The notes beneath the pieces are model-generated. The model was not told the origin of the DNA. It searched no databases and was given only the letters and a program-made list of their open reading frames with translations. This document shows, piece by piece, positions 10,207 to 21,267 of a stretch of DNA of 64,000 bases (its first letter is position 1; every line of letters begins with the position of its first letter). The translations under genes and the position numbers were made by a program. The stretch is from an uncultured Draconibacterium sp. (GTDB lineage: Bacteria; Bacteroidota; Bacteroidia; Bacteroidales; FEN-979). The stretch is taken from assembly GCA_964355945.1 (NCBI GenBank), contig CAYHGE010000002.1, positions 67,144-131,143 on the forward strand, written 5' to 3'.

Positions 10207-11001
10207 ATGTTTAACAAGCAGATGACGGTAAAATCGGAAGAGGAGATTGAATTACTCAGAGAGAATGCCATCATTGTTAGCAAGACACTGGCCGAAGTAG
10301 CAAAATATATAAAACCTGGTGTCAGTACGTTGGCACTTGACAAAATTGCTGAAGATTTTATCCGTTCCGAAGGAGCAATCCCGGGGTTTAAAGGATATAG
10401 AGGTTTTCCGGGAACCTTATGTGTTTCCACCAACGAGGAGGTGGTACATGGAATACCGGGTAACAGAGTTCTTAGAAATGGTGATATAGTTTCGATTGAC
10501 TGCGGATGTCAAAAGGATGGTTTTTTTGGAGATTCTGCCTATACTTTTCCGGTAGGAGAGGTGTCTGGTGAGGTTCTTAACCTGTTGAAACGAACAAAAG
10601 AATCCTTGTACAGGGCAATAGAATTTGCTGTTGCCGGAAGGAGGGTTGGCGATATCAGTGCTGCTGTTCAGGAATATGTTGAAGGTTTTGGCTATTCAGT
10701 CGTTAGAGAACTTGTAGGTCATGGAATTGGAAATCAACTGCACGAAAAACCGGATGTTCCGAATTATGGCAAACGGGGTGCTGGAGTGAAAATGCCTGTC
10801 GGACTTACAATTTGCATTGAGCCCATGATTAACATGGGTGCAAAGACGGTTGTTCAGGATAGTGATGGATGGACGATTCGAACTGCTGATAAAATGCCTT
10901 CGGCTCATTTTGAGCTTACGGTTGCAGTTAGAAAGGAAAAGGCTGAAATCCTCTCCACTTTCCGTTATATTGAAGAAGTTTTAGGAAATAGTAGTATATA
11001 G
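10207..11001 (+). CDS. map: Type I methionine aminopeptidase
   Basis: 264-aa ORF with metal-ligand context (VHGIP, DCG, GHGIG, EP..). It follows secY directly. Confidence 0.93.
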   Translation: MFNKQMTVKSEEEIELLRENAIIVSKTLAEVAKYIKPGVSTLALDKIAEDFIRSEGAIPGFKGYRGFPGTLCVSTNEEVVHGIPGNRVLRNGDIVSIDCGCQKDGFFGDSAYTFPVGEVSGEVLNLLKRTKESLYRAIEFAVAGRRVGDISAAVQEYVEGFGYSVVRELVGHGIGNQLHEKPDVPNYGKRGAGVKMPVGLTICIEPMINMGAKTVVQDSDGWTIRTADKMPSAHFELTVAVRKEKAEILSTFRYIEEVLGNSSI

Positions 11002-11002
11002 T

Positions 11003-11221
11003 ATGGCAAAACAATCATCAATACAACAAGACGGCACGGTCATTGAATCCCTCGGCAATGCAATGTTCCGTGTTGAATTAGAAAATGGGCATGTTATAAC
11101 GGCTCATATTTCTGGCAAAATGCGGATGCACTACATTAAAATTCTACCCGGAGACAGGGTGAGGATTGAAATGTCACCATACGATTTATCAAAAGGAAGA
11201 ATTACGTTCAGGTATCAATAG
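11003..11221 (+). CDS. infA: Translation initiation factor IF-1
   Basis: 72-aa ORF with S1-like IF-1 sequence (...[25 protein letters not shown]...). Confidence 0.96.
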   Translation: MAKQSSIQQDGTVIESLGNAMFRVELENGHVITAHISGKMRMHYIKILPGDRVRIEMSPYDLSKGRITFRYQ

Positions 11222-11239
11222 ACATAAAGAAAACGTAGA

Positions 11240-11356
11240 ATGAAAGTAAGAACATCAATTAAGAAAAGATCTGCTGATTGTAAGATCGTTCGTAGAAATG
11301 GCAAATTATATGTCATTAACAAAAAAAATCCGAAGTTTAAACAAAGACAAGGTTAA
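11240..11356 (+). CDS. rpmJ: 50S ribosomal protein L36 (bL36)
   Basis: Hand-translated 38-aa [41 protein letters not shown]. It is absent from the ORF track. Confidence 0.92.
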   Translation: MKVRTSIKKRSADCKIVRRNGKLYVINKKNPKFKQRQG

Positions 11357-11384
11357 GGTATTACAAACATAAAATTGGATTAAT

Positions 11385-11765
11385 ATGGCCAGAATTGCAG
11401 GTATTGACTTACCTAAAAATAAACGGGGTGAAATTGGGCTGACCTATATCTTTGGTATTGGAAGAAGCAATGCTCAAAAGATCCTTGATGTGGCAGGCGT
11501 GGACAGGAATAAAAAAGTTCAGGACTGGAACGACGAGGAGCAGAATAAGATCCGTGCTGTCATCAATGATAGTTTTAAAATCGAAGGAGCGTTGCGCTCT
11601 GAGGTTCAAATGAATATCAAACGATTGATGGATATTGGATGCTATCGCGGAATCCGCCACCGTTTAGGATTGCCTGTTCGCGGACAGAGTACCAAGAACA
11701 ATGCACGTACCCGCAAGGGCAGGAAAAAAACCGTTGCCAATAAGAAGAAGGCAACCAAGGGTTAA
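11385..11765 (+). CDS. rpsM: 30S ribosomal protein S13 (uS13)
   Basis: 126-aa ORF starting [14 protein letters not shown]. Confidence 0.96.
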   Translation: MARIAGIDLPKNKRGEIGLTYIFGIGRSNAQKILDVAGVDRNKKVQDWNDEEQNKIRAVINDSFKIEGALRSEVQMNIKRLMDIGCYRGIRHRLGLPVRGQSTKNNARTRKGRKKTVANKKKATKG

Positions 11766-11792
11766 TCGTTCATGAACGTAGTAAATTAATAT

Positions 11793-12182
11793 ATGGCAAA
11801 GACTGAAAAAAGTTCAAAGAAAAGGGTTGTAAAGGTTGACACAATAGGAAAAGCTTATGTCAACGCATCATTCAACAACCTCATTATTACCCTTACCAAC
11901 AATGGCGGACAAGTTATCAGCTGGTCTTCAGCGGGTAAAATGGGTTTTAAGGGTTCCAAAAAGAATACGCCTTATGCAGCTCAGATGGCTGCACAGGATG
12001 CCTCCAAAGTAGCGTTTGACCTTGGACTTCGCAAAGTAAAGGTATTCATAAAAGGACCTGGTGCAGGTCGCGAGTCGGCGATTCGCACACTTCATACCGC
12101 CGGTATTGAGGTTATGGAGATTGTGGACATCACACCGCTTCCTCATAACGGATGCCGTCCGCCGAAAAGAAGAAGAGTTTAA
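11793..12182 (+). CDS. rpsK: 30S ribosomal protein S11 (uS11)
   Basis: 129-aa ORF ending [18 protein letters not shown]. Confidence 0.96.
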   Translation: MAKTEKSSKKRVVKVDTIGKAYVNASFNNLIITLTNNGGQVISWSSAGKMGFKGSKKNTPYAAQMAAQDASKVAFDLGLRKVKVFIKGPGAGRESAIRTLHTAGIEVMEIVDITPLPHNGCRPPKRRRV

Positions 12183-12203
12183 CACTTAATTATATCAATC
12201 ACC

Positions 12204-12809
12204 ATGGCAAGATACATTGGCCCAAAATCCAGAATTGCAAGAAGATTCAGAGATCCTATTTTTGGTCCTGATAAGAGTTACGAAAAGAAGAATTATCCAC
12301 CGGGAATGCATGGCCAAACCAAGCGCAGAGCGAAGGTTTCGGAGTACGGCACCCAGCTTATGGAAAAACAGAAGGCTAAATATACCTATGGTATCCTTGA
12401 GCGTCAGTTTAGAAATATATTTTTGAAGGCTGCACGCAAAGGTGGTGTTACAGGTGAGGTATTGTTACAACTTATTGAATCACGCCTTGATAATGTAGTT
12501 TACCGAATGGGAATTTCACCAACACGCGACGGAGCCCGGCAGTTGATCGGACACAGACACATCCTTGTGAATGGAAAAGTCGTGAACATTCCTTCCATGG
12601 AACTTCGCCCCGGAGATCTGGTTTCAGTTCGAGAGCGTTCAAAATCCATGGAAATTATTACCAACTCTTTGTCTGGACGTGGAAACCAATATCCCTGGCT
12701 TGAATGGGACGGTGGAATGATGACAGGTAAATTTATGAGTTATCCTGAGCGCGACCAGATTCCTGAAAACATAAAGGAACAACTGATCGTCGAATTGTAT
12801 TCGAAATAA
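12204..12809 (+). CDS. rpsD: 30S ribosomal protein S4 (uS4)
   Basis: 201-aa ORF starting [15 protein letters not shown]. Confidence 0.96.
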   Translation: MARYIGPKSRIARRFRDPIFGPDKSYEKKNYPPGMHGQTKRRAKVSEYGTQLMEKQKAKYTYGILERQFRNIFLKAARKGGVTGEVLLQLIESRLDNVVYRMGISPTRDGARQLIGHRHILVNGKVVNIPSMELRPGDLVSVRERSKSMEIITNSLSGRGNQYPWLEWDGGMMTGKFMSYPERDQIPENIKEQLIVELYSK

Positions 12810-12817
12810 TTTTACGG

Positions 12818-12842
12818 GTAGAGACGCAGCATGCTGCGTCTC
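12818..12842. repeat. Palindromic hairpin element, copy 5 (GTAGAGACGCAGCATGCTGCGTCTC)
   Basis: Perfect 22-nt palindrome at 12821-12842, between rpsD and rpoA. Relative to copy 3 the internal stem bases differ but pairing is preserved. Confidence 0.85.
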
Positions 12843-12875
12843 CACGCGATATATCTAACAACAAAAATAAACAAT

Positions 12876-13868
12876 ATGGCAATATTACCGTTCCAGAAAC
12901 CTGACAAGGTAATCATGGTGGAAGCCGATGAAAGTCGAGGAGTTTTTGAATTTCGTCCACTTGAGCCTGGTTTTGGTGTTACCATCGGAAACTCACTCAG
13001 AAGGATTTTGCTTTCCTCGCTGGAAGGCTTTGCCATCACTTCGGTGAAAATTGAAGGGGTGGAACAGGAATTTTCTACCATCAAAGGGGTTATTGAAGAT
13101 GTGACGGAGATTATTCTGAATCTGAAGCAAATTAGATTCAAACGCTTGATTGAATCTGAAAATTCAGAGAAAGTTTCCGTGATTATCGCTCAACAAAAGG
13201 ATTTTAAGGCTGGTGATATTAATAAATTTTTATCGGTTTTTCAGGTGCTGAATCCGGAGATTGTGATCTGTCACATGGAGGCCAATGTAAAGTTGACGGT
13301 TGAACTTTCAATTGATAAAGGCCGTGGTTACATCCCTGCCGAAGAGAATAAAACTTTGAGTTCTTCTTTAGGCCGGATTGCCATTGATTCAGTTCACACT
13401 CCCATAAAAAATGTGACTTTCAATGTTGAGAACTTTCGGGTTGAGCAGAAGACTGACTACGAAAAACTTGTCATGGAAGTTATTACCGATGGTTCTATTC
13501 AACCAAAGAATGCGTTGAAGGAAGCTGCGAAAATCCTGATTCATCATTTCATGCTGTTCTCTGATGAAAGAATCACACTTGACTCTTCTGAAAAGGCTGT
13601 TGCCGAGGAGTTTGATGAAACCTCACTTCATATTCGTCAATTGCTGAAAACCAAATTGGTTGACATGGATCTTTCGGTACGGGCGTTGAACTGTTTGAAA
13701 GCTGCTGATGTCGAATACTTGGGAGATCTGGTCGCCTTCAATAAAAATGACTTGCTGAAGTTTCGCAATTTTGGAAAAAAATCACTTACTGAACTCGAAG
13801 AACTTGTTAAATCCAAGGGACTTGAATTTGGTATGAATACGACAAAATATAAATTAGATAAGGATTAA
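12876..13868 (+). CDS. rpoA: DNA-directed RNA polymerase subunit alpha
   Basis: The ORF-track start at 12831 runs through hairpin copy 5. The in-frame ATG at 12876 gives [12 protein letters not shown]..., a 330-aa product typical of RpoA. Confidence 0.94.
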   Translation: MAILPFQKPDKVIMVEADESRGVFEFRPLEPGFGVTIGNSLRRILLSSLEGFAITSVKIEGVEQEFSTIKGVIEDVTEIILNLKQIRFKRLIESENSEKVSVIIAQQKDFKAGDINKFLSVFQVLNPEIVICHMEANVKLTVELSIDKGRGYIPAEENKTLSSSLGRIAIDSVHTPIKNVTFNVENFRVEQKTDYEKLVMEVITDGSIQPKNALKEAAKILIHHFMLFSDERITLDSSEKAVAEEFDETSLHIRQLLKTKLVDMDLSVRALNCLKAADVEYLGDLVAFNKNDLLKFRNFGKKSLTELEELVKSKGLEFGMNTTKYKLDKD

Positions 13869-13873
13869 TTGCA

Positions 13874-14470
13874 ATGAGACACCAAAAGAAATTCAATCAT
13901 TTAGGAAGAAAAAGTGCACACAGAAAAGCCATGCTTTCAAATATGGCTGCTTCTCTGATCATGCACAAAAGGATACATACCACTGTTGCTAAAGCTAAAG
14001 CATTACGGGTTTTTGTAGAGCCTCTCCTGACGAAAGCAAAGGATGATACTACTCATTCCAGGCGTACAGTGTTTAGCTACCTGCAAAGTAAAGAGGCGGT
14101 TACAGAACTTTTCCGCGAGATTTCAAAGAAAATCATGGATCGTCCCGGAGGTTATACCCGTATTCTGAAAACAGGCAATAGGTTTGGTGACAATGCTGAA
14201 ATGTGTCTGATCGAATTGGTGGATTACAATGAAGCCATGTTGTCGGTTAAAGATGAAGGCAAAGCAAAAGCAACGCGGAGAAGAAGAGCAGGCGCCAAGA
14301 AGAAGGAAGGTGAAGCTGATGAGATTAAACCAGCTGCAAAAGCTCCGGTAGAATCTAAACCTGTCGTTGAGGAAAAACCAGTTAAAGTTGCTGACAAAGT
14401 TGAAGAACCTTTAGCTGAAGAGGAACCTGATGTTAAGGCTGAAGCAACGGAAGAAAAACCTGAAGCTTAA
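13874..14470 (+). CDS. rplQ: 50S ribosomal protein L17 (bL17) with a Lys/Glu/Pro-rich C-terminal extension
   Basis: 198-aa ORF starting [20 protein letters not shown]. From about residue 125 the tail is low complexity ([21 protein letters not shown]...). Confidence 0.94.
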   Translation: MRHQKKFNHLGRKSAHRKAMLSNMAASLIMHKRIHTTVAKAKALRVFVEPLLTKAKDDTTHSRRTVFSYLQSKEAVTELFREISKKIMDRPGGYTRILKTGNRFGDNAEMCLIELVDYNEAMLSVKDEGKAKATRRRRAGAKKKEGEADEIKPAAKAPVESKPVVEEKPVKVADKVEEPLAEEEPDVKAEATEEKPEA

Positions 14471-14503
14471 ACCTTGAAAACATAATATTTATACTGAATA
14501 CAT

Positions 14504-14545
14504 AAAAGGATGACATGAGAAATTATGTTGTCCTTTTTTGTTTAT
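14504..14545 (+). terminator. Probable intrinsic terminator closing the ribosomal protein cluster
   Basis: Imperfect hairpin AAAGGATGACAT...ATGTTGTCCTTT followed by TTTGTTT, 35 nt after the rplQ stop. Confidence 0.6.
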
Positions 14546-14554
14546 TAATTTTAA

Positions 14555-15862
<1,308 letters not shown>

Positions 15863-15881
15863 AAGATTCGTGAAAAAGCAG

Positions 15882-15914
15882 CAGGGTAACAAAGTGTGTA
15901 TCACTGTTACCCTG
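15882..15914. terminator. Bidirectional hairpin terminator between convergent eno and the MTAP gene
   Basis: Perfect 10-bp stem CAGGGTAACA/TGTTACCCTG. It is flanked by TTACTTTCTT on the + strand and by CTTTTTC on the - strand. Confidence 0.6.
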
Positions 15915-15941
15915 TTACTTTCTTACGCAGTACCCCTGACA

Positions 15942-16706
15942 CTAGCAATTATCATCTTCCGTGAAGTTGGTCAATATGTGCACCAGCAACCCGGTGACAT
16001 GCTTTACATTCGCCTCGAAAACCTTCAGAATATCCGCCCAGGTAACAGGTTCTTCATCATGTTTCCAGGAATCATAGTCGGTTGAAAGCGCAACTGCCGC
16101 ATAAGGTATGCCGGCTTCCATGGCGAGGCTCGCTTCGGGTGCAACACTCATATTAATGACATCTGCACCAAGAAGCCTGAACATTTTCGATTCGGCACGG
16201 GTTGAAAAACGTGGTCCTTCAATCGTGACAATAGTTCCTGCCGGATGAAACCGAATCCCGGTTTCTTTACAACCATTTATAAGTATCTGCCTGAGTTTTT
16301 CTGAGAATGGGTCTGCCATCCCCGTATGGACCACCTTGCCCGGCTCGAACCTGTCGTAAAATGTGTTTATCCGCAGTTTAGTGAAATCAATAAACTGATC
16401 TGCAATGACCATGTCTCCACGGCCAATCTCTTCCCTCAGGCTGCCGCAGGCTGTTGTGGCGAAGATATACTTACAGCCCAGTTCCTTCAGCGCAGCAATA
16501 TTTGCCCGGTTATTTACCTGGCTGGGCGGGATGGTGTGGTCGCGGCCATGGCGGGAGAGGATATAAACTTCACAATGGCCGATTGTTCCGGTAAAAAAAG
16601 AGGAACTTGGTGAGCCATAAGGTGTGTCAATGTTAATTTCCCCGGGGTTCAGGAAAATGTTGAGTTTTTCGAGGCCTGAACCTCCGATGAGTCCGATTTT
16701 AACCAT
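15942..16706 (-). CDS. mtnP: S-methyl-5'-thioadenosine phosphorylase
   Basis: 254-aa ORF starting MVKIGLIGGSG, with PNP family-2 sequence (SRHGRDHTIPPSQVNNRANI). Confidence 0.85.
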   Translation of the reverse strand: MVKIGLIGGSGLEKLNIFLNPGEINIDTPYGSPSSSFFTGTIGHCEVYILSRHGRDHTIPPSQVNNRANIAALKELGCKYIFATTACGSLREEIGRGDMVIADQFIDFTKLRINTFYDRFEPGKVVHTGMADPFSEKLRQILINGCKETGIRFHPAGTIVTIEGPRFSTRAESKMFRLLGADVINMSVAPEASLAMEAGIPYAAVALSTDYDSWKHDEEPVTWADILKVFEANVKHVTGLLVHILTNFTEDDNC

Positions 16707-16731
16707 GGTTGATTTTTTTTGCGAAGATAAA

Positions 16732-18069
16732 TTAAAATCCTGTCACAATCCTCAGGATCTCTACTGTTGATCCGGTTACCCGATAACGGTGATCAATCCG
16801 GTGTCCGACAATCCATACAATGTCCCTGCCCGAGCAGAGAAGCCAGGTTTGCTCCTTCTCCTCCATGGGAAATTTCTGATCGATAAAAAAATCACTTAAT
16901 TTTTTCTTTTTCTTCATCCCCAGGGGATAAAACGCATCACCCTGTTCCCATTTTCTCAATATGAGCGGGAACTTAAGTTTTTCAAAATCGAGGCTTGCAG
17001 TTTTATCTGTCAAAGGAATTTTATAGAATTCGACATTGGCAAACCTTTCAAAGATCAGGTTTAACGGTATCGTTATCCTCTTTTTATGCTCAAAAGAGTT
17101 GATTTTCACTGGCCTGCTGGTGGCTTTTTCTTCTGTCTGATAAATATTCAGGTACCCCCTCTCTTTTACAAGACGATGTGTTGGGGAGCAAAAGACATTC
17201 CTGTTTTTTTTTAGCAGACTTCCAAGAATATTTGTGACCTGTGCCGCATTAAAGCCAAATGGAGACAGTAACGCCCACACATAAGGTTCAACAGGATTGA
17301 ATTTCAAAAGATCGCTGATCTTTATGGTTTTACACCTGCCATTGTCTGTAAGTGCATTGTCAGTCCACCCATTCAATGTACGATTTCCGATGGTTTCAAA
17401 ATCGCTGATCTTTCTGATCGTATCTGTTAATCCCTGAGGAAAACCCGGGTTGATGCTGCAAAGCAGGGGAAGGACTTCATGCCTGAGTTTGTTACGCAGA
17501 TATTTCGTTTCGTTATTGGAAAGGTCTGTCCGATAGCTGATCTTATGTTCGGTGGCATATTCCTCAATATCCTTTCGAAAGGTGAACATCATAGGTCTGA
17601 TCACCTGCCCGTTTTTTACCGGGATTCCATGCAGGCCTGCGATGCCGGTTCCTCGAATTAGATTGATCATGAACGTTTCAACCTGATCGTCGAGGTGGTG
17701 TGCTGTGGCAATAAAGTCAAACTTGTTTTCCTGCCTGATTTGTTCGAACCAGTCATACCGTAATTCCCTGGCAGCCATTTGAATAGAAATGCGTTTTTTT
17801 TCAGCGAATTCTGATGTATGGAATTTTGTTGAGAAGAATTGTACTTTGTATTGCTGAGCAAGAGATTCAGCAAATTTCTCATCATCGTCACTTTCATTGC
17901 CCCTCAGGTCAAAATTACAATGCGCAATGGCAAACCGGAATTTGGCCTCATGAAATAAATGGGCCATCACGGTGGAGTCAATTCCGCCGCTAACAGCAAG
18001 CAATACTCGCTCATTTTTTAAAAAGAGCTTATGCTGCTGAATGAATTGGATTAGTTTTTCAGGATTCAC
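16732..18069 (-). CDS. tilS: tRNA(Ile)-lysidine synthase
   Basis: 445-aa ORF with the PP-loop motif LLAVSGGIDS and TilS-like architecture. Confidence 0.9.
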   Translation of the reverse strand: MNPEKLIQFIQQHKLFLKNERVLLAVSGGIDSTVMAHLFHEAKFRFAIAHCNFDLRGNESDDDEKFAESLAQQYKVQFFSTKFHTSEFAEKKRISIQMAARELRYDWFEQIRQENKFDFIATAHHLDDQVETFMINLIRGTGIAGLHGIPVKNGQVIRPMMFTFRKDIEEYATEHKISYRTDLSNNETKYLRNKLRHEVLPLLCSINPGFPQGLTDTIRKISDFETIGNRTLNGWTDNALTDNGRCKTIKISDLLKFNPVEPYVWALLSPFGFNAAQVTNILGSLLKKNRNVFCSPTHRLVKERGYLNIYQTEEKATSRPVKINSFEHKKRITIPLNLIFERFANVEFYKIPLTDKTASLDFEKLKFPLILRKWEQGDAFYPLGMKKKKKLSDFFIDQKFPMEEKEQTWLLCSGRDIVWIVGHRIDHRYRVTGSTVEILRIVTGF

Positions 18070-18121
18070 TATGCGAAGTTAGAGGTAAAATTTGTTCAAA
18101 AAATAAATTTCGGTATGCCCG

Positions 18122-18155
18122 AAAAAAAAGGCTACCAATATGGCAGCCTTTTTTG
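18122..18155 (-). terminator. Probable intrinsic terminator after korB
   Basis: Read on the - strand: hairpin AAGGCTGCCA...TGGTAGCCTT followed by TTTTTTTT. Confidence 0.65.
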
Positions 18156-18173
18156 AATGATAAGAATATTGAA

Positions 18174-19211
18174 TTAGATCTCCCAAGTATCTCCCGAATT
18201 CAGCAAATCATCAACATTCTTGATCTTCGAGTTCTCTTTGGCGTACTTGATCTGTTCTTCAATCAGGTCGTCGTATGTTGGGTACATGGCTGAACGAATC
18301 ACCCCAAAAACCATCGGGAAGTGAGGTGGTGCCAGTTTGGCGAGCATGAGCTGGATACCTGGATCCTGGCTGTACTGGTCATGAATGAGAATGTCGTCGA
18401 TGGTAACGCCGTTCTTTCCGATTTCAACAACTTCGAGCGTGGTATCTTTCAGGATCAGGCCTTTCTCATTATTCTTACCCCATAACATCGGTGCACCGCT
18501 TTTCAGGATCAGCATGTTGTCGTCTTTAACATCCTTCCCCGTAACAGGAGCGTGTGCCTTGTCGGCAAAGATGATACAGTTTTCCATGATCTCCGTAACC
18601 GAGGTGCCGTCATGTTTTGCCGCTTCAAACATACACTCTGTCATAAGTGCAATGTTGTTATCAGGAACACGCGCAAAGAATGTTCCCTGGGCTCCGATCA
18701 CAAGTTCACCGATGTTGAATGGATGCTCAATGGTACCCATGGGCGAGGTTTTCGTAACTTTCCCCATCGGAGTGGTGGGTGAAAACTGACCTTTGGTAAG
18801 ACCATAAATCTGGTTGTTGAACAAAAGGATGTTGAGATCAACATTGCGGCGAATCACATGGATGAAATGGTTCCCGCCAATGGCAAGTGAATCACCGTCG
18901 CCGGTGATGGTCCATACACTCAATTTTGGATTGGCAATTTTCACACCGGTTGAGATTGCAGCAGCGCGTCCATGGATGCCATGAATGCCATAGGTGTTCA
19001 CATAGTAAGGAAACCTGGATGAACACCCGATTCCGGATACCATACAGAAATTCTCTTTTCTGTAGCCGATTTTAGGGAATACACGCTCTACAGCAGCCAG
19101 GATTGCATGTCCGCCGCATCCGGGGCACCATTTGACCATCTGGTCGCTTTCAAAATCTGCTTTGCTGAGTTGAACATTGGTACGTTCAACAGTCATATTG
19201 ATAAAGTCCAT
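18174..19211 (-). CDS. korB: 2-oxoglutarate/2-oxoacid:ferredoxin oxidoreductase, beta (TPP-binding) subunit
   Basis: 345-aa ORF with CPGCGGH and GDGD..IGGNH thiamine-diphosphate motifs. It is adjacent to the alpha subunit. Confidence 0.85.
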   Translation of the reverse strand: MDFINMTVERTNVQLSKADFESDQMVKWCPGCGGHAILAAVERVFPKIGYRKENFCMVSGIGCSSRFPYYVNTYGIHGIHGRAAAISTGVKIANPKLSVWTITGDGDSLAIGGNHFIHVIRRNVDLNILLFNNQIYGLTKGQFSPTTPMGKVTKTSPMGTIEHPFNIGELVIGAQGTFFARVPDNNIALMTECMFEAAKHDGTSVTEIMENCIIFADKAHAPVTGKDVKDDNMLILKSGAPMLWGKNNEKGLILKDTTLEVVEIGKNGVTIDDILIHDQYSQDPGIQLMLAKLAPPHFPMVFGVIRSAMYPTYDDLIEEQIKYAKENSKIKNVDDLLNSGDTWEI

Positions 19212-19212
19212 C

Positions 19213-21063
19213 TTATTTTTCCTCCAAAAGTTGGTTAAACTTATCCGTTAATTCGTTGATCATGAACGGTAATCCCTGAACTTTGTTGAACTGGGATATG
19301 TTGGGCATCGGGAACTTCATGCGGAGATAATTCACAAATTGTCCGCTGTTGAGTTCACAAACCACAATTTTCTTAAAGCCTTTCAATACCTTATCCGTGT
19401 TTTTCGGAAGCGGCATGATGTAATGGAAATGTGCATGGCTGATGCTTTTGCCTTCTTTCTGCACAAGACTTACAGCTGAATGAACAGCGCCGTAAGTGCC
19501 TCCCCAGCTAACAACCAGGAGGTCCCCTTCAGGCTGACCATCTATTTCCTGTTCAGGAATAAAGTCAGCAACTTTTTCCACTTTTTTAGCCCTGAAGTCG
19601 GTCATAATCTGGTGATTCATCGGATCAGTTGAAACGGTTCCGATAATATTTTCCTTTTCAAGTCCACCAATACGGTGACGAAGGCCTTCGGTGCCAGGAA
19701 GCGCCCATTGCCGGACAAAAGTTTCCGGGTTGCGTCTGTATGGTTTATAGTCCGGGTCGTTTGCTTCCGCAACCGGCGGGTTGATTTCAGGCATGTCAGC
19801 CATTTTCGGAATCCGGAATAGTGTGGAGCCAAATCCAAGGTAGCCATCGGTCAGCAGAATTGCCGGCGTCATGTGTTCCATGGAAAGTTTGGCAGTCATA
19901 TATGCATAATAAAAGCAATTTTCAGAAGAAGATGCGGCAACAACGATCACCGGACATTCTCCGTTTCTGCCAAACAAAGCCTGGTAAAGGTCGCTTTGTT
20001 CAGATTTGGTAGGCAGACCCGTTGATGGTCCGCCACGCTGAACGTTGACAATGACGAGGGGTAATTCGGTGATGACCGCAAGTCCGATGGCTTCGCTTTT
20101 CAGTGAAAGGCCGGGGCCGGATGTGGTAGTGCAGGCCATGGAACCGGTGAAAGAAGCTCCGATGGCGGAACAGATACCGGCAATTTCATCCTCCGCCTGG
20201 AAAACTTTCGCACCCAGAGATTTGTGTTTTGCCAGTTCCATCAGAATTTCAGTTGCAGGGGTGATGGGGTAGGAGCCAAGGAACAAGGGACGTCCTGATT
20301 TTTCAGCAGCAGCCAGCAATCCCCATGCGGTGGCAACATTCCCTGTAATATTCCGATAACGTCCTTTCTGCATGTTTGCAGGTGAAACCTGGATGACAGA
20401 TTCAAGCGCTTCTATGGTGTCGGCATAATTATATCCTGCCTGAAGCACAATCTTGTTAATCTCCACCAATTCGGGTTTCTTCTTGAATTTTTGTTCAAAA
20501 TAGCTGAATGAAGATTTAAGGTCCCTGTTGAAAATGTAATAGAGCATGCCAAGTGCAAACATATTTTTACTGCGTTCGGCAGTTTTTGCATCGGTTCCAA
20601 GATCTTTCAGACTTGCTTTTGTGAGTGTGGTAATCGGCGCCTTGATCATGTTGAAACTGTCAAGGGAGTTGTCGGTAAAAGGGTCTTTTTTATATCCGGC
20701 CTTTTCGATCGTCTTTTCGTCGTAGGCATCTGTATCTGTGAGAATTGTAGCTCCTATTTTTGCCCATTTCAGATTCGACCTGAGCGATGCAGGATTCATG
20801 GCTACCAGTACATCCACAAGGTCACCCGTAGTGAAAATTTTCGAACTTCCCATGTGAACCTGGAACCCGGAGACACCGGCTACAGTGTTTTGTGGAGCCC
20901 TTATTTCAGCCGGAAAATCAGGGAATGTTGCAAGGTCGTTGCCCATCAGTGCGGCCACGTCTGAAAACATACTGCCGGTAAGTTGCATGCCATCGCCGGA
21001 GTCCCCGACGAATTTAACCACTACCTCTTCACGTTCAATAACAGGTCTTTTATTCTTAGCCAT
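19213..21063 (-). CDS. korA: 2-oxoglutarate/2-oxoacid:ferredoxin oxidoreductase, alpha subunit
   Basis: Large alpha/gamma-fusion type subunit. The ORF-track start at 21114 runs into a heptamer array. I prefer MAKNKRP at 21063; the ATG at 21072 is also possible. Confidence 0.82.
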   Translation of the reverse strand: MAKNKRPVIEREEVVVKFVGDSGDGMQLTGSMFSDVAALMGNDLATFPDFPAEIRAPQNTVAGVSGFQVHMGSSKIFTTGDLVDVLVAMNPASLRSNLKWAKIGATILTDTDAYDEKTIEKAGYKKDPFTDNSLDSFNMIKAPITTLTKASLKDLGTDAKTAERSKNMFALGMLYYIFNRDLKSSFSYFEQKFKKKPELVEINKIVLQAGYNYADTIEALESVIQVSPANMQKGRYRNITGNVATAWGLLAAAEKSGRPLFLGSYPITPATEILMELAKHKSLGAKVFQAEDEIAGICSAIGASFTGSMACTTTSGPGLSLKSEAIGLAVITELPLVIVNVQRGGPSTGLPTKSEQSDLYQALFGRNGECPVIVVAASSSENCFYYAYMTAKLSMEHMTPAILLTDGYLGFGSTLFRIPKMADMPEINPPVAEANDPDYKPYRRNPETFVRQWALPGTEGLRHRIGGLEKENIIGTVSTDPMNHQIMTDFRAKKVEKVADFIPEQEIDGQPEGDLLVVSWGGTYGAVHSAVSLVQKEGKSISHAHFHYIMPLPKNTDKVLKGFKKIVVCELNSGQFVNYLRMKFPMPNISQFNKVQGLPFMINELTDKFNQLLEEK

Positions 21064-21085
21064 AGGATCCATGAGTTTAGGGTTA

Positions 21086-21093
21086 CAAAGGTA
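21086..21093 (-). promoter_or_regulatory. Candidate Bacteroidota -7 promoter box (TACCTTTG) for korAB
   Basis: Matches TAnnTTTG, 23 nt upstream of the 21063 ATG. Repeated TTTG motifs from the adjacent heptamer array lie upstream of it. Confidence 0.4.
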
Positions 21094-21104
21094 CTTAATA
21101 ATGT

Positions 21105-21153
21105 CAAAATGCAAAATGCAAAATGCAAAATGCGACAGGCAAAATGCGAAACT
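21105..21153 (+). repeat. Heptamer tandem array: (CAAAATG)x4, CGACAGG, CAAAATG, CGAAACT
   Basis: Read directly from the sequence with an exact 7-bp period. It lies between the divergent korA and ferredoxin genes. Confidence 0.9.
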
Positions 21154-21199
21154 TAAGGTTAAAATATCACCTTCAGTTTTCGATATTCGGGAAAATATT

Positions 21200-21207
21200 T
21201 ATCTTTG
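21200..21207 (+). promoter_or_regulatory. Candidate -7 promoter box (TATCTTTG) for the ferredoxin gene
   Basis: Matches TAnnTTTG, 61 nt upstream of the ATG at 21268. Confidence 0.35.
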
Positions 21208-21267
21208 CGGCGAAAATCGCTTTATTCACTCGTCCCGGAGAAATGCGGGACATAAATTCAATAGGTC

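Noticed and set aside
4045-12842. The hairpin arms contain inverted GAGACG/CGTCTC words, the BsmBI/Esp3I type IIS recognition sequence, hinting at a restriction-modification link
   Set aside because: No R-M genes lie in the window. The word is simply part of the conserved stem, and there is no way to support a restriction link from this sequence.
12831-12875. N-terminal extensions proposed by the ORF track for rpoA (12831), rpsN (5858), korA (21114), gpx (29424), the lipoprotein genes (23128, 24007), the T9SS protein (30985), the activase (40640) and the CTD protein (39844)
   Set aside because: The extensions run through hairpins or repeat arrays, or deep into upstream genes. Internal ATGs give canonical N-termini or signal peptides.
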